DNA from: Octopus sinensis
Lineage: Eukaryota
Assembly: GCF_006345805.1 (NCBI RefSeq)
Contig: NC_043005.1
Span: forward strand, 11,904,001 to 11,968,000
Direction: 5' to 3'
DNA length: 64,000 nt
The notes beneath the pieces were generated by a model. That model saw only the letters and a list, made by a program, of their open reading frames with translations, searched no databases and was not told where the DNA came from. Made by a program: the position numbers and the translations under genes. Each line of letters begins with the position of its first letter. Position 1 is the stretch's first letter. This document shows positions 50,440 through 63,910 of this stretch, in pieces.

Positions 50440-51655
50440 ACTTTTACGAGGTAAATACAATTTCAAAGGTAAGGTAGAAATACATATACATAGCCTTATG
50501 CATGAGACCAGATGAAACTTATTCAATGTGTGTTGTTATAAGACATATTGAATTAGATACATCTGATCCCAAGCCATAGATCTAAGACGAAAGACATTTG
50601 CGTGTTTGGGAGCAAGTTATTTTCTTCCACAAACATGATCAGCTACATTAAGACAAAACGTTCCATGACCTCGCAAATATGTGAGGTTAGAGAAATAGGC
50701 CTGTAATTTTTAGCATCTGCTCTGCATCCTCCTTTACGGACAAGAAACTTACACTTTCTGTTACAATTTTGGCGAGCTTACTTCATGCAAGGGAACTCTG
50801 CAAAAGTATCTGCAGTGGTTTAACGAGAGCTTTCTGGCATATCTGTAAACGAATAGCCGAAAATCCATCTGAGCCCGTTACTTGGTTCGAGTTCATCTCA
50901 TCAATGGCTGATATATCGTCAAAATCGATGTAATCGATTGAGGCTTTTTCCCGTGTAGATCTGCGGAGTTAAAGAATTCATCAAACTTGCATTTTTGCAT
51001 ATATCCCAGTAGAGAAATGAAGACGTCTTATTTAGCAAGTTACGTGCCTCCTAGACGCAGCAATTAGTGAGCTGTCTCTACAAACAGTAGCCGTATCTTG
51101 TAGTGCATTGAAGCAGGTTATTTCACAAAAAATGTAGAAAGCTTCAGTATTCATTTTTGTATTTTCCAACACCTCGGTTTCTCCTTCCTTTTCCTTTCCA
51201 TGGAAGAGTAAGTTTATTTTCGATCACCAAGAGTGCCTCTTTGAAGTGGGATTTCTTGCAAAGTTGTTTATGTAAGTGATAGATCTTTATGCTCCGTCTC
51301 AAAGAGTACTCTCCTGCCTCGAGAGTATGAAGTTTTGTATATATTGGCTCGTCTTTGAGAAACCTTTAACGCATATAGCTCGCATTATTGACTAGCATTT
51401 TTTAAGTTCCGTATCAATGTATTTAAGCCAATTTTACTTGTTTCAGTCATTTGACTGCGGCCATGCTGGAGCACCGCCTTTAGTCGAGAAAATCGTCCCC
51501 GGGACTTATTCTTTGTAAGCCCAGTACTTATTCTATCGGTCTCTTTTGCCGAACCGCTAAGTGACGGGGACGTAAACACACCAGCATCGGTTGTCAAACA
51601 ATGCTAGGAGGACAAACACAGACACACAAACACACATACACACACACACACACAC

Positions 51656-51706
<51 letters not shown>

Positions 51707-52300
51707 CATATATACGACAGGCTTCTTTCAATTTCCGTCTACCAAATCGATTGACTTCCAGTCTGCTTTGTAGAGGTTCAGACTGAATAGTGTTGAGTGT
51801 CATCTGTGAGGAATATATCTTTAATTACTTTTGGATCATATATCGTCAATCCTATCATATTATGGACCGAGAAAATTGTGATATCTTCACGCTGTAAATG
51901 ATTTACAAATTGTTGGTGAAACAGCGATCTAAGAAGTTCCATCTTCTGATTACTTAACAGAAGTTCTGCTATACCTCGCTCTTTGTGAGTCATCCCACTC
52001 AGAGAGTATCTTAATCGGCCTATGAACTTTTCATCCTACCCTCTGTAGATAAATCTAGCGCTTGTTTGAAGTTAGAAAAATCTTGATCCAGTTCTCGAAC
52101 AATAAATGAACAAAATATGCGGAATTAATAGTAGAGATCAGAAATATGCAAAAATGTAAAAATTTGCCAATATCACTAGAATGCTAGGTTGGGCCTCGAA
52201 CAAAGGAGTACTGCAGGACTAGGTACGGTTTGTCATCGAGACAAACATGCAAGTACTCCAAATGTCTGCCCTCCTTGTAACAACTTACTTTTTCACCATA
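50440..52300 (-). mobile_element. Decayed CR1/L2-group LINE ORF2 fragments, interrupted by SINE A
   Basis: AIDEMNSNQVTGSDGF..PLQILLQSS and KGGCRADAKNYRPISLTSHICEVMER..EENNLL (RT N-terminal domains). The upstream extent to 52300 is inferred. Confidence 0.8.
51432..51752 (-). mobile_element. SINE family A, 5'-truncated
   Basis: ttttacttgtttcagtcatttgactgcggccatgctggagcaccgcc..ccagcatcggttgtc..tttccgtctaccaaatc. Confidence 0.9.
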
Positions 52301-52414
52301 CTTTACCATACGCAGTATTATTATTCACAGAGTATAATTTAATAACATCTAAAGTAGTATTAATGATTTCTAATATCCGTAATTTCTAATTTCCATAATA
52401 TGAGGTCCGTAATT

Positions 52415-52590
52415 TTAAGGGAAGGTGTAAGTCGATTACATTGACCCCAGTGCTTAATGGGTTAATTAGTTTATCGACCCTGGAATGATGAATGGCAAAG
52501 CGGAATTTGAACTCAGAAAATAAAGAACTACAATAGATGCTGCTAAGCATTTTATTCGACCTTCTAGAGGTTCTGTCAGCTCGCTGACTG
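52415..52590 (-). mobile_element. SINE family B
   Basis: gtcgattacattgaccccagtgc..cggaatttgaactcagaa..ctgtcagctcgc. Confidence 0.8.
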
Positions 52591-54798
52591 AATTATGATA
52601 GCAATAATAATTCCAGCGCGACAATATGTCTAAAATAATCTGAGAATCTATCAAAATATAAATAACTGGAACTGGGGATAACCAAATTTAGACTGCAAAA
52701 CAAACAACATCCATAACAATTGGTACATCGAAGTTAATTGAAAACAAAAACAGATTTTGCGAATACATAACCAAAGACGAAGTTACTAATAAACAAAAAA
52801 TTAACAGAACGAAGGAAATTACTCTTATATCGTGTATAATGATTTCCATATAAAAGAAAATAAGAAAAACTGAACTACAGACTTGGCGTACATAACATTT
52901 TCGGAGCTGAGCTGAGCAATGTATTGAAAGCGCAAAATAAAAATAGAATTATTGTACGAAAAGAAGAACGTTTCCTTGCTTGACCAATTTTCCATCAAAT
53001 CAGTGGGAAGTCAAATCTTCACTATTTCCCCATAGAAATCATGCCGTACTATTTTAGAGTAGGTTTAAGCGCGATCTAATCTTGGATATCTGCGCTTTTC
53101 ACGCAGAAAGTTAAAGAAAGTAATATACTTGTGGACCAAGTATATCGCCTTCTATCTCCCTTGTATCAGAACACCCGATCAATTGTTCATTATTGAAAAC
53201 AGTAACGTGTACCATGTTTTTATTGATACGTTGGCTGATTTATCGACAAGAATATAATTGGAAATATTCTCCTACTTGTAATAGTCTAATATAGTTTAAT
53301 ACCATTTGCTTGTTTGTTTTCAGACATAATCTTAAATTCGCAATAAAGTTCATTTCAGGAATTCTTTCTCATCGCTGCCCATATACTCAGTTAGTACAGT
53401 CTATAGGAATAATGTCTATACAAAAAAAAATATATAAATATATCAGGAATTTTTATTCTGAAATATTTTATGATTTGTTTCATGGGAAATATATCTTTAT
53501 TTTTTAAATAAAACATTCTCGAATTTCTATAGAGTTGAATGTTTTAGAATTCAAACTATTCTTTTGTTTACTTCGGTATCAAGCCATAGAACTCTCATTA
53601 TCTTGTTAATTCTATTTTTAGTGGGTTATCAATTAAAAATCTTGGAACTCGTCTTCTCTATGATGAGAGAATTGTCAACAAATATTCATCAGTATACACT
53701 TCATAAGCCAGCAAACAAACAATTTACCTATTAAATGTAGTAACAAAACTTCATTCTAATCACAAAATCCTATAATTAGGAATACAATTGGCAGTTTAGG
53801 TTTTGATTAAATTTTAACAGGAATGAACATGGATGAAAAGCTTTGGTCATAAGTTTGCACGATGAAAGTTCATGTAGGAATAAGCAATATCCAGAACTTT
53901 CTAAGGATGACCTTTCGCATGATGGTAATACAATTAAGTGCTGTCTAACACACATAATTGACTGCCTTTTCAATTAAATTTTTTCTCTAAGCTATATTTT
54001 CCCGGTCGTCCTATATCTCGTATATGTATTAAAGTACATGCACTAACAAGATGGATTAATTACTTCATAATTTCATCGAAGTCGATGAAATAATTACTAG
54101 TCGAGTACTGGAATCGATTACATCGACGATCTCCTTCCTCAAAATTTCAGACCTTGCGCCTATAGCAGAAAAAATTAAGGAGTTAATAATGCTTAAAATG
54201 ACGTTTCTTTCTGGATGATCTGAATATTTCAGTGATGTTCTCATAAAGACAGGACGTACACCTCATTGTATAACTCCATTTAAATGTTACTCCATCCAAT
54301 GTTGGTTTCCTCAAGTATATAAATACAAGTGGTTAAAAATTCTGTTGTGTCTGGGGAGAGTCATTCTGTTTTAGTGCCTTATTATTTAACACACTCACTG
54401 GTAAAATTTCCCCTTATTTCTTATTTTTATTTTCTAAAATTTTCGTTGCGTGTTGCAACCATTTCAATAGTTGGCTTTTGACATTGCTTTAACTCGCATA
54501 TTGTATATATTGTGTATTGATGAGATAAAGGATCGGGCTGAATTGTTACCAGTTTCAAGATTTGTTAAACTTCTATCGATGTTCGCTTACTTTGTTTCTG
54601 TGTGTAGAGAGTATATAAGCTTATATTTTATTTAAACTGTATACGTATCTATTTCTAATGTTACTGTGTTGGCTTTTGTATTTCTAATCCTGATGGGCTT
54701 CCTATTTAGACGCGATGGCATGTGAAAACTATCTGTTGAAAAACTCTTATAAAATTTGTCTCTTCATTTTATGAGATTAAAAACACATTTTCGGAGTG

Positions 54799-55646
54799 GT
54801 TCATTTCAGGATTAAATACTTTAATTTATCCTACACTAAAATAATAAATATGCTGAACCAGGCTCAAAACTGTCGACGAGAAACTATTGACGATTTTATT
54901 GTAAAGGTAAGTAGCATGACAAAATGCGGCGAGCTAGCTGAAACGTTAGCACGCCGGGCGAAATACTTAGCCGTATTTCGTCTGCCGTCACGTTCTGAGT
55001 TCTGCTGTTACGTTCTGACAGACTTAATCCGTCTGTCTGTTCTTGATTGTCTCCTCTGTGTTTAGCGCCTTGTGAGTAGTAAAGAAATAGGTATTTCGTC
55101 TGTCGCTACGTTCTGAGTTCAAATTCTGCCGAGATTGACTTTGCCTTTCATCCTTTCGATTAAATCAGTACCAGTTACGCACTTAATCCGTTTGTCTGTA
55201 CTTGTCTGTACTGGTACATATTTAATCGACCCTGAAAGGATGAAAAGCAAAGTCGACCTCGGCGGAATTTGAATTCAGAACGTAACGGCAGACGAAATAC
55301 CTATTTCTTTACTACCCACAAAGGGCAAAACACAGAGGGTACAAACAAGGACAGACACACGGATCAAGTCGATTACATCGACTCCAGTGCGTAACTGGTA
55401 CTTATTTAATCGACCCCGAAAGGATGAAAAGCAAAGTCGATCTCGGCCGAAGTTGAACTCAGAATGTAACGGCAGACGAAATACCTCTCTGTGTTTAGCC
55501 CTTTGTGGGTAGTAAAGAAATAAGTTCATTTCAAGATTAAAAACTTTAATTTATCCTACACTGAAATAATAAATATGCTGAACCAGGCTCAAAACTGTCG
55601 ACGAGAAACTATTCACAATTTTAATTTAAAGGTAAGTAGCATGACA
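54799..55646. mobile_element. Composite SINE B insert (with internal inverted segment) between 123-bp direct repeats
   Basis: Direct repeats at 54799-54921 and 55524-55646 (7 mismatches). The insert begins with a + SINE head, has a minus-strand SINE at ~55201-55487, and ends with a + SINE tail. Confidence 0.85.
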
Positions 55647-56854
55647 GGTTTTCACCAGTCAGAATCGTTAGCGTTGTAGTTGACATGGTTAGCAAATTAG
55701 ATGGCATAATGCTACTTATGTTGGTGTGTCGTAGTGTTAAATAAAAACGAACCGACAATTCAGATTGAATTCGTAACCTTGTCAGTCATGAAGGTACACT
55801 TCTCATTCAGTATCATTGACTTGCAACAGTATAAGGCTGAAGCAACAGAATATTCTCTTGGTTGTGTTTACGTTACCGTTAAGCCAAGAATCAAAATCAA
55901 GATGAAGTGTTTGTGTGTATATATAATCGGTGAAATTAACTCTATGTTTCAGAGTATGGTATATTTAATCCGTTTATAAACTTATTAATACAGAGTCACT
56001 GAACTTCATAAACACTGAAAATTAGTAACGGAAATTAATAGGAAGACCTGCAAAAATAAACAAAACCGTTATTACAATGTTATCTATAGTCAATAAAAAA
56101 GTATTTTTATTGTAAAGATTTAAATTTCAGTTATAATCTTGAAAAAATTGGAATTGTTATTAAGTTGGAAAATCTACCTCTTTTACAAAAGAAAAAAAAA
56201 ACAGCTCTGCCAACTTTGCATTATGATAAATATGAAATTTAAATAAAATCAGCTATGTAGGCAGAATACCTATTGTAAATATATATCAACAGCGCTATGC
56301 ATTGAAACAAATGATTCAAAAAGTAATAAAAAAAATTGTATGAAATATATGTAAACAAACTGCGATAAATCTTGTAAGAAAGGACAAGAATTTTTTTCTT
56401 TATATGGGAAACATACGGTGATATGAATAAATCAAGATAACGGCTGCTATTATTATTTTGATTAAAAGTACTTGTAGACGTTACAGCAATTTATTAATAA
56501 ATATAAAAAGATATTGACCGTATTACTGAATTGATGAAAAAAATGTTGTTTTGCGTGAAGAATTATAGAGTTCCTAAACAATAACTAATCTAATAAAATG
56601 GTAAAACTAAATAACAAATTATGAAAAAAAAATGCTTAGAAGAAGTTACACGCGGTACACACACTTACCAATAAATATGCACATATATATGTATGGATAG
56701 CCGTAATAAAAGCCTGTATTAGTTTGCAACGAGAAAATCTAATATTAAATATAATTACACCTCTCAACTGAAATGAATATAAATATTTTAGTTTATATAC
56801 TTTAATAAATGAAATGAAAACAGTTTTGGTATTACCTTTTAATATTGGTTTCGA

Positions 56855-57058
56855 ATTTTGGCACAAGGCCAGAAATTCCAGGAAAAGTGATAAGTCGATT
56901 AGATCGAACCCAGTGCTTAACTGGTACTCGTTTTATCGACGCTGAAAGGATGAAAGACGAAGTCGTCCTCGGCGGGATTTGAACTAGGTTCGTAAAGACA
57001 GACGAAATGACGCTAATCTATTTGCCTGGTGTGCTAACGATTCTACCAGCTCGCCGCC
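56855..57058 (-). mobile_element. SINE family B
   Basis: ttttggcacaaggcc..gtcgtcctcggcgggatttgaac..ctaccagctcgccgcc. Confidence 0.85.
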
Positions 57059-57082
57059 CTGATATTATCTTTTGATATTATA

Positions 57083-57141
57083 CTAGCAGTATCACCCGGC
57101 GTTGCTCGGGTTTGTAAGGGAAAAAAACTATATAAGCATTT
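57083..57141 (-). mobile_element. Helitron family 1 3'-end fragment
   Basis: a|ctagcagtatcacccggcgttgctcgggtttgtaagggaaaaaaactatataagcattt, matching 19177-19234. Confidence 0.9.
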
Positions 57142-57440
57142 GCTTTTCATCCTTTCGGGGTCGATTAAATATGTACCAGCTACGCACTGGGGTCCATATA
57201 ATCGACTTAAATCGTGTGTCTGTCCTTGTTTGTACCCTCTGTGGTTAACCCCTTGTGGGTAGTAAAGAAATAGGTATTTCGTCTGCCGTTATGTTCTGAG
57301 TTCAAATTCTGTTGAGGTCGACTTTGCTTTTCATCCTTTTGGGATCGATAAATTAAGTATCAGTCCTGTACTGGGGTCGATCTAATCGACTGGTCCCTCC
57401 TCAAAAATGTCGGGCTTTAAGCCTAGAGTAGAAAAGAATA
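57142..57440 (+). mobile_element. SINE B dimer, 5'-truncated
   Basis: gcttttcatcctttcggggtcg..gtgggtagtaaagaaataggtatttcgtc.. Confidence 0.88.
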
Positions 57441-57629
57441 TGCCGCATTGTGGTTTGTATGTGAAACCCCATAGTTACAGTGCGAGTGTCCTAGTAACGC
57501 GGCTATGATTGCAGAGCTCAGGGTTGCCGTCTATCACATGATTTACCTCACTCATTATCAGGAACAAAAATATTCAAATAAATGCAAACGACTCCGCCTT
57601 TGGAAAATGAATATGCCAATAAACATGAA

Positions 57630-58032
57630 GGCGGTGAGTAGGCAGAATCGTTAGCACGCCGGACGAAATGCGTTGCCGTATTTCGTCTGCCGTTACGCTC
57701 TGAGTTCAAATTCCGCCGAGGTCGACTTTGACTTTCCTCCTTTCGGGGTCGATTAAATAAGTACCAGTTACGCACTGGGGTCAATATAATCGACTTAATC
57801 CGTTTGTCTGTCCTTGTTTGTCCTCTCTGTGTTTAGCTCCTTTTGGGTAGTAAATAAGTAGGTATTTGGTCCGTTTTTAACATTCTGAGTTCAAGTGTCA
57901 CCGAGGTTGACTTTTCCTTTCAACATTCCCGGATCAATAAAATATATATCCGTTGAGCACTGAAATTGATGTAATCGATTGAGCCTTTCCCCCGAATTTT
58001 CCGCCCTTGTGTCAAAATTTGGAACCAATACG
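57630..58032 (+). mobile_element. SINE B dimer
   Basis: ggcggtgagtaggcagaatcg..ctgagttcaaattccgccgaggtcgac..; second unit degenerate. Confidence 0.9.
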
Positions 58033-58987
58033 ACGTATCATCACACACTCTTTGTACACAGTCTTTGTACATATATTCTGCTTTACAAATAAATAAATAT
58101 ATCTGACACAGATGCCCATCTTTTTTTTGGAACGATTCTGTAAATTTGAGTTGTTCTCTGCCATTATCTTTTTCCTGCTTATCAGCAATTGCATGAAATT
58201 TTTTTTGATACTGTTTCCGAAGTATATTTTTCCCAAATATATGTTTTTGTTTTATTGCATGACAAAGTTCAAAAATTGAAATGCTTTTCAATTTAATTTT
58301 CACTGCTCAACGAAATTCGTATTTAATTAGTTTTGTTGCTAATGGTTTCCTACCAAAAAAAAAAAATTATTTATCTTTTTCCTGTTGATGTGTACACATG
58401 TTCGAGAAAATTTCAAACTTTTTAATTACTTGTCATATAGTTTATGTTCTTGGTTCACATGGAATCCGCACTATAGCTATTCATGAGTAACAAAACCTCT
58501 TTACTTAAGTTGGAGTCAACGAGGAAACCTTTCACTAGACTAGTGACTCGCTAGAAATAGAAGCCAAATTTCCTTAAACAAGCACGTGTTTGCATCTCTC
58601 TACGCAGTCATAAGCAAGATTTTTCTGGAATACTAGGAGTTGTCTTTGCATACACATCCCTACTTTCTCGTCTACATGGTAACTCAAAGAAAAGACCATC
58701 GCTTTATGACTAATATAGCTTGGAACCAGAGTTGCCTTAAGCGTTGTAAGGTATTGCATCCGATGTTATATCGATAATCTGTTATTGTTCTCGAAATGAA
58801 ATAAAGGTAACGGGGATTTCAATGACATTTGAATTAAGAGTGACGAGATTAGGAGAGAGTACCTTCAGGAATTCCATCGATCGCTCGTGTGATTTTGCGA
58901 ATTTACCGCCATAGAAAGTACAGACACTAATTTCTTCCCGAAATGTCAAATATCTTCTTTTTTTAAATAGCATAATAAAGTTATATC

Positions 58988-59388
58988 TTTTACTTGCTTC
59001 AGTCATTTGACTGCGGCCATGCTGGAGCACCGCCTTTAGTCGAGCATATCGACCCCGGGACTTATTCTTTGTAAACCCAGTACTTATTCCATCGATCTCT
59101 TTTGCCGAACCGGTAAGTAACGGGGACTTAAACACACCAGCATCGGTTGTCAAGCGATGTTGGGGGTACAAACACAGACACACAAACATATACACACACA
59201 CAATTATGTATATATACATATATACGACAGGCTTCTTTCAGTTTCCGTCTACCAAATCCACTCACAAGGCATTGGTCGGCCCGGGACTATAGCAGAAGAC
59301 ACATGCCCAAGATGCAACGCAGTGGGACTGAACCCGGAACCATGTGGTTGGTTAGCAAGCTACTTACCACACAGCCACTCCTGCGCCT
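58988..59388 (-). mobile_element. Full-length SINE family A
   Basis: Head aggcgcaggagtggctgtgtggtaagtagc..ttccgggttcagtccc; tail ..gactgaagcaagtaaaag. Confidence 0.93.
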
Positions 59389-59727
59389 ATAACTTATATT
59401 TATATGATTATATTTAATTTAATTTTAACAAACCTGAAGTAGACCAGGCACAGCAGTTAGTTTGTTCGTGTATATTTGTACAAAATAAAAGATGAACGAC
59501 TGCAGGAAAGTAGGAGCAATTTTTCGAGTGGATTTTATAGACAAGACTAAATGAAATATTCTTTTATGGAGCGAGAAAAAGATAACGGGGGATTATAATG
59601 CGCTGCAGTTTCAAGATTATTCATGAATAGTGTTCGTATTTATGAACACTACAGCAATAATAATCTGAATGAATTTAATGATTCTTCCACAATACTGCTG
59701 AGTATTTCAATTACATAGCAGTATTCT

Positions 59728-60158
59728 CTTTTGCTTGCTTCAGTCATGTGACTATGGCCATACTGGAGGACCACCTTTAATCGAGCGAACCGACCCCAGG
59801 ACTTATTCTTTGTAAGCCAAGTACTTATTCTATCGGGCTCTTTTGCCGAACCGCTATGTTACGGGGGCGTAAACAAACCAGCATCGGTCGTCAAGCGATG
59901 TTGGTGGGGGAGAAACACAGACACACAAACATATATACAAACACGCACACAGACACACATACATACATATATATTTATATATATATATATATATATATAT
60001 ACATAAATACGACGGGATTCTTTTAGCTTCCGTCTACTAAATCCTCTCACAAGGCTATAGTAGAAGACCCTTGCCCATGGTGCCACGCAGTAGGACCGAA
60101 CCCGGAACCTTGTGGCTGGTAAGCAAACTACTTACCACACAGCCACCCCAACGCCTAC
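59728..60158 (-). mobile_element. SINE family A
   Basis: Same head and tail blocks as 58988-59388. Confidence 0.9.
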
Positions 60159-60316
60159 AAGCCACTCCTACGCCTACGAGTATTGTTGGTCAATATTTCT
60201 GAATCGCTTCATAGACTAACACTTTCTAGAGTAGCACACATGACTGCACACACACGCGCGCGCGCATACACATACATACATATATATGCATTTATACATG
60301 CTTGTACATATGTATA

Positions 60317-60876
60317 CGAGCGAAACGCGCCCCCCCCCCCGTCCATTGGGCGGTGCTGAATCACATCTGCTGAATAAACAGCAATCAGTGTTTTCTTTCA
60401 TTAAAAAATAATTAAGCATGCCTTTATTTCAATAAAATTTTTGGTTTTGTTAAACGAAGTTAAGGCAAAAAAAAAAAAAAACTTTCTGAGAAACCAAATA
60501 CTCTTTCCTTCCTTCATGCCAAGTTTGAAGAAAATATCTCTTTTGCATCTTAATTTTTTCGTCTCATAAATATACTGCATTTTGTGACATTATTTCAAGC
60601 CAGCCGGATTTTTTGCGCAAACTGCACGTGCATTTTTCTCGCGTACGCGTTATATCGAACGCAACAGCTGATGTACTTGCGCGTACAAATGCACTTTCCC
60701 ACGGCTTTATTGATCGCATTCTCACCTAGAATCGATTTTTGCAATTTTTCCAAGACTTATGCATGCCCTGATTTCGTCGGTATCTACACATCAAATTTGA
60801 GCGCAATCGGATGGGGGATGCCCGAGATCCTAGAAGACACACACACAGACAGACAGAACGGATTTTATATAATAGA
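60317..60876 (-). mobile_element. Helitron-like element, family 3 (CTCG 3' end)
   Basis: Minus strand: A|TCTATTATATAAAATCC..(TGTC)n..ccgcccaatggacgg..gcgtttcg CTCG|T. Confidence 0.8.
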
Positions 60877-61314
60877 TGACCGAGGTTTTAAAGCTGAAAC
60901 AGGTTAAAGAGTAAATGAGTTATATGCCTATGTGTGAGCGTGTGTGTTTATGTGTGTGTGTGTGCGTATGTGTGTGTATGTATGCTAAACTCTTCGTCAT
61001 ACCTCCAAGGCGGGCTGAGTCTATCAAATGAGTAATGCACGTGATTAGAAATCAGGTCAGTAATCCATCAATCTTTTTGCCAAACTGCTAAGTTACACAA
61101 ACGTAAACAAAATGAATAATGAGAAATAATCTTAGAGGCGCACGCACATAGATATACACACGTACACACTCAGGTATGCACAATGTCACATACGTACGCA
61201 CATACACGCACACACAGATGTATACACTATGCCACATACACACACACATACACACACATACACACACAAGTATACACAAGGCCACATACTCACACACCCA
61301 GACACACATATTTA

Positions 61315-61445
61315 TGAGTTTACCGGAGTAAACACATAAATGTGAAACAAGGTGGAAAAAAGAGTACTCAAATACCAGAGGTAGAGTAATATGCTTTATT
61401 TAAAAGCAGCAGAAATTTAACAACAGCTGTTACTCGGAGTTTCAC
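61315..61445 (-). mobile_element. Probable PLE pLTR fragment carrying the 3' half of a hammerhead
   Basis: The minus strand of 61427-61445 reads gt-GAAA-ctc-c-gag-TA-acag. Confidence 0.45.
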
Positions 61446-61464
61446 ATACCTCATACCCTAATTC

Positions 61465-61765
61465 ACATATCATGTGATCACGTGACCGACCAGTCCATCA
61501 GATGTAGTTACACATCGCTGGTCACAATGCGTTCGCATTGTTTTAGCCTTCGAATGACGCCACCCCGCTGGCTAAGCGAGCAGGCCAACAGAAGAAAGAG
61601 TAGGAGAAAGAGTGGTGAAAGAGTACAGCAGGGATAACCACCCCCTGCTGGAGCCTCGTGGAGCTTTTAGGTGTTTTCGCTCAATAAACACTCACAATGC
61701 CCGGTCTGGGAATCGAAACCGCGATCCTACGACCGCTGCCCTAACCACTGGGCCATTGCGCCTCC
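61465..61765 (-). mobile_element. SINE family C head and body with an alternative tail
   Basis: Same head as 16622-17006 (with the anticodon arm deleted) but an unrelated 3' part. Confidence 0.9.
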
Positions 61766-62165
61766 ACAACTCACATATACACATTCGTATATAGACGAGC
61801 TTCTGCAGTTCCGCAACATCATTCACTCCCATGACAGTAGTCGACCCAGACTAAAGTAAACTACAGTTACTGTGACATGCTCTGAGATTAAATCGAAAGC
61901 CACGTAAGAGAAAATTCACAAATCACATGGCTTTGCTGGCGCCTGTATCATATGTCCTTAATTATGATTTTGCAACGGACATTCCGATTTTCAAGTGCAT
62001 TCCTCATGGTGTGAGATTTTTTTAAAGTGTATAGGGACCCTTAATAGAGACAATACTACAATATTTTATTGGTCCAGGCACCATCTTATGTCAATTTTAT
62101 ACGGGGTGTGTACAAATTTTAGCGCTACAGTGCATACACAAAAATATACAAACAAACATATATAA

Positions 62166-62196
<31 letters not shown>

Positions 62197-62469
62197 TGGT
62201 GGCTCGTATGTATGTATGTGCATGTAAGTATTCATGTATATATATATACACTATGGCACAGATACCGCGTGACAAATACCATTGATAAGGATCTAGCAAA
62301 GCCAGAGTCAAGGTGGAAATCTGTTTTTCAGTGTCTCACACCTTGGAATCAAACCTTTGAAATTTTCTTGCTGAAAGATCTTAATAACATTGCGAGGTCT
62401 ACGCTTTGAAACAGATTAACTATGTGTGGTAAATTATCCTAATGGATTAGTCATTAGTTAAAGTTCGAA

Positions 62470-62870
62470 AGGCGGAATGCTGGAAGAAACTTTAGCCCGT
62501 CGGGCGAAATTTTTAGCAGTATGTCGTCTGCTGCTACGTTCTGAGTTCAAATTACGCCGAGGTCGACTTTGCCTTTCATCCTTTCTAGGTCGATAAATTA
62601 AGGACCAGTTACGCACTGGGTCGATATAATCGAATTAATTCGTTTGTCTGTCCTTGTTTGTCATCTCTGTGTTTATCCCCTTGTGGGTAGGAAAGAAATG
62701 GGTATTTCGTCAGTCATTACGTTCTGAGTTCAAATTCTGCCGAGGTCGACTGTTCCTTTCATCGTTTCGGGGTCGCTAAATTAAGTACCAGTTGTGTACT
62801 GAGTCGATCTAATCGACTGAGATCCTCCCCCAAAAGGTTTCGGGCCTTGTGTCTACAGAAGGAAAGAATA
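62470..62870 (+). mobile_element. SINE B dimer
   Basis: Consensus B blocks twice. Confidence 0.9.
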
Positions 62871-62899
62871 TTTGATGTTTGAATAAGAAAAATATTAGA

Positions 62900-63910
62900 A
62901 AACATCGGATAATACATCCCTACAGACATCGTGCCTCACGTAAAAGAAGAATTGGCACTGCTTGAATGGTTTTGATCATATGTTTGCTAAGTAAGAAATT
63001 GGGTGTGTTCCAGATATCGTCGATCTTCTTGGACACGGATTTTAATTTGATCTTGAATGTGGGCAGTAGCTAAACTTGTGCCTTTAGACTAGTAGCCATT
63101 TTGCACTAGTTGGTGCAGGACTGCAAGCCGTCTTCAGCAATCTGTACGTTTTTCTAGGGACGTCCAGCCATTAAGTGCTAGTGGGCGCCTGGAAATCTAT
63201 GTTGGATGCACATTTTGTTTGTGTAGGGCTATCTAATAGTAGAGAGACTGAAGAGATTTTACAAACGTGCTCAGATACTTCCAACTGTTTGACAGGCACC
63301 GTCTGTGTACCAATCTGGACACGGAGAAACCACTCCGGGTCCTGTAGATCTTATGCAGATAGATTATTCTGGAAGCAAGTAGATAAGGATATTATAGGTT
63401 GCCTAATTTTTAAATCGTCGGTTATGCAAACTTATGAAGAGCATCGTCGATTCATAAAGGTTTCGTAGGCGGAGACGTGGATACTAGAAGCTGCACGAGT
63501 TGCTCCTTGCATGCCAAATATACAGAAACCGAATTAGCGAATTAGTTAACAGGTGATAACGAGGGTAATCGTCAACAACAAGTGGTGGTTCACACTGAAA
63601 AGAACAATTAGTGTAAAATCAATAAGATTTAGCAATGCAAAACATAGAATAGAGGTATACTTAGAAAGTTAGAAGAGAAAGTTAGGAAAGGCAAAGGAAT
63701 CGACGTGCTCGTAACAAGATCAGGCATCGAGCACATTCAGCAAGAAGTAAGAAGGCTACACTGACAGAGAAAAGACGTATGGACTGAGACAAGAGGAGAC
63801 GAAAGACTTTTGGTAGACATGACTGGCAGAAGCACAGCAAAGCAAAAAAAAAACAACAACATAATCTCATCTTCAACAGACCACAACTAGGCCATGTTAC
63901 TCGGCTTCAA
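62900..63910 (-). mobile_element. Probable LINE 5' UTR plus decayed ORF1
   Basis: Pyrimidine-rich 5' UTR-like leader with an AACATGGC (YY1-like) motif near 63890-63900 on the minus strand, followed by stop-riddled codon-like sequence; no diagnostic domain. Confidence 0.35.

Noticed and set aside
54810-54906. 97-nt exon (cag|...aaag|gtaagt) inside the direct repeat
   Set aside because: No recognisable product; the acceptor context is changed in the second copy; it could not be distinguished from chance.
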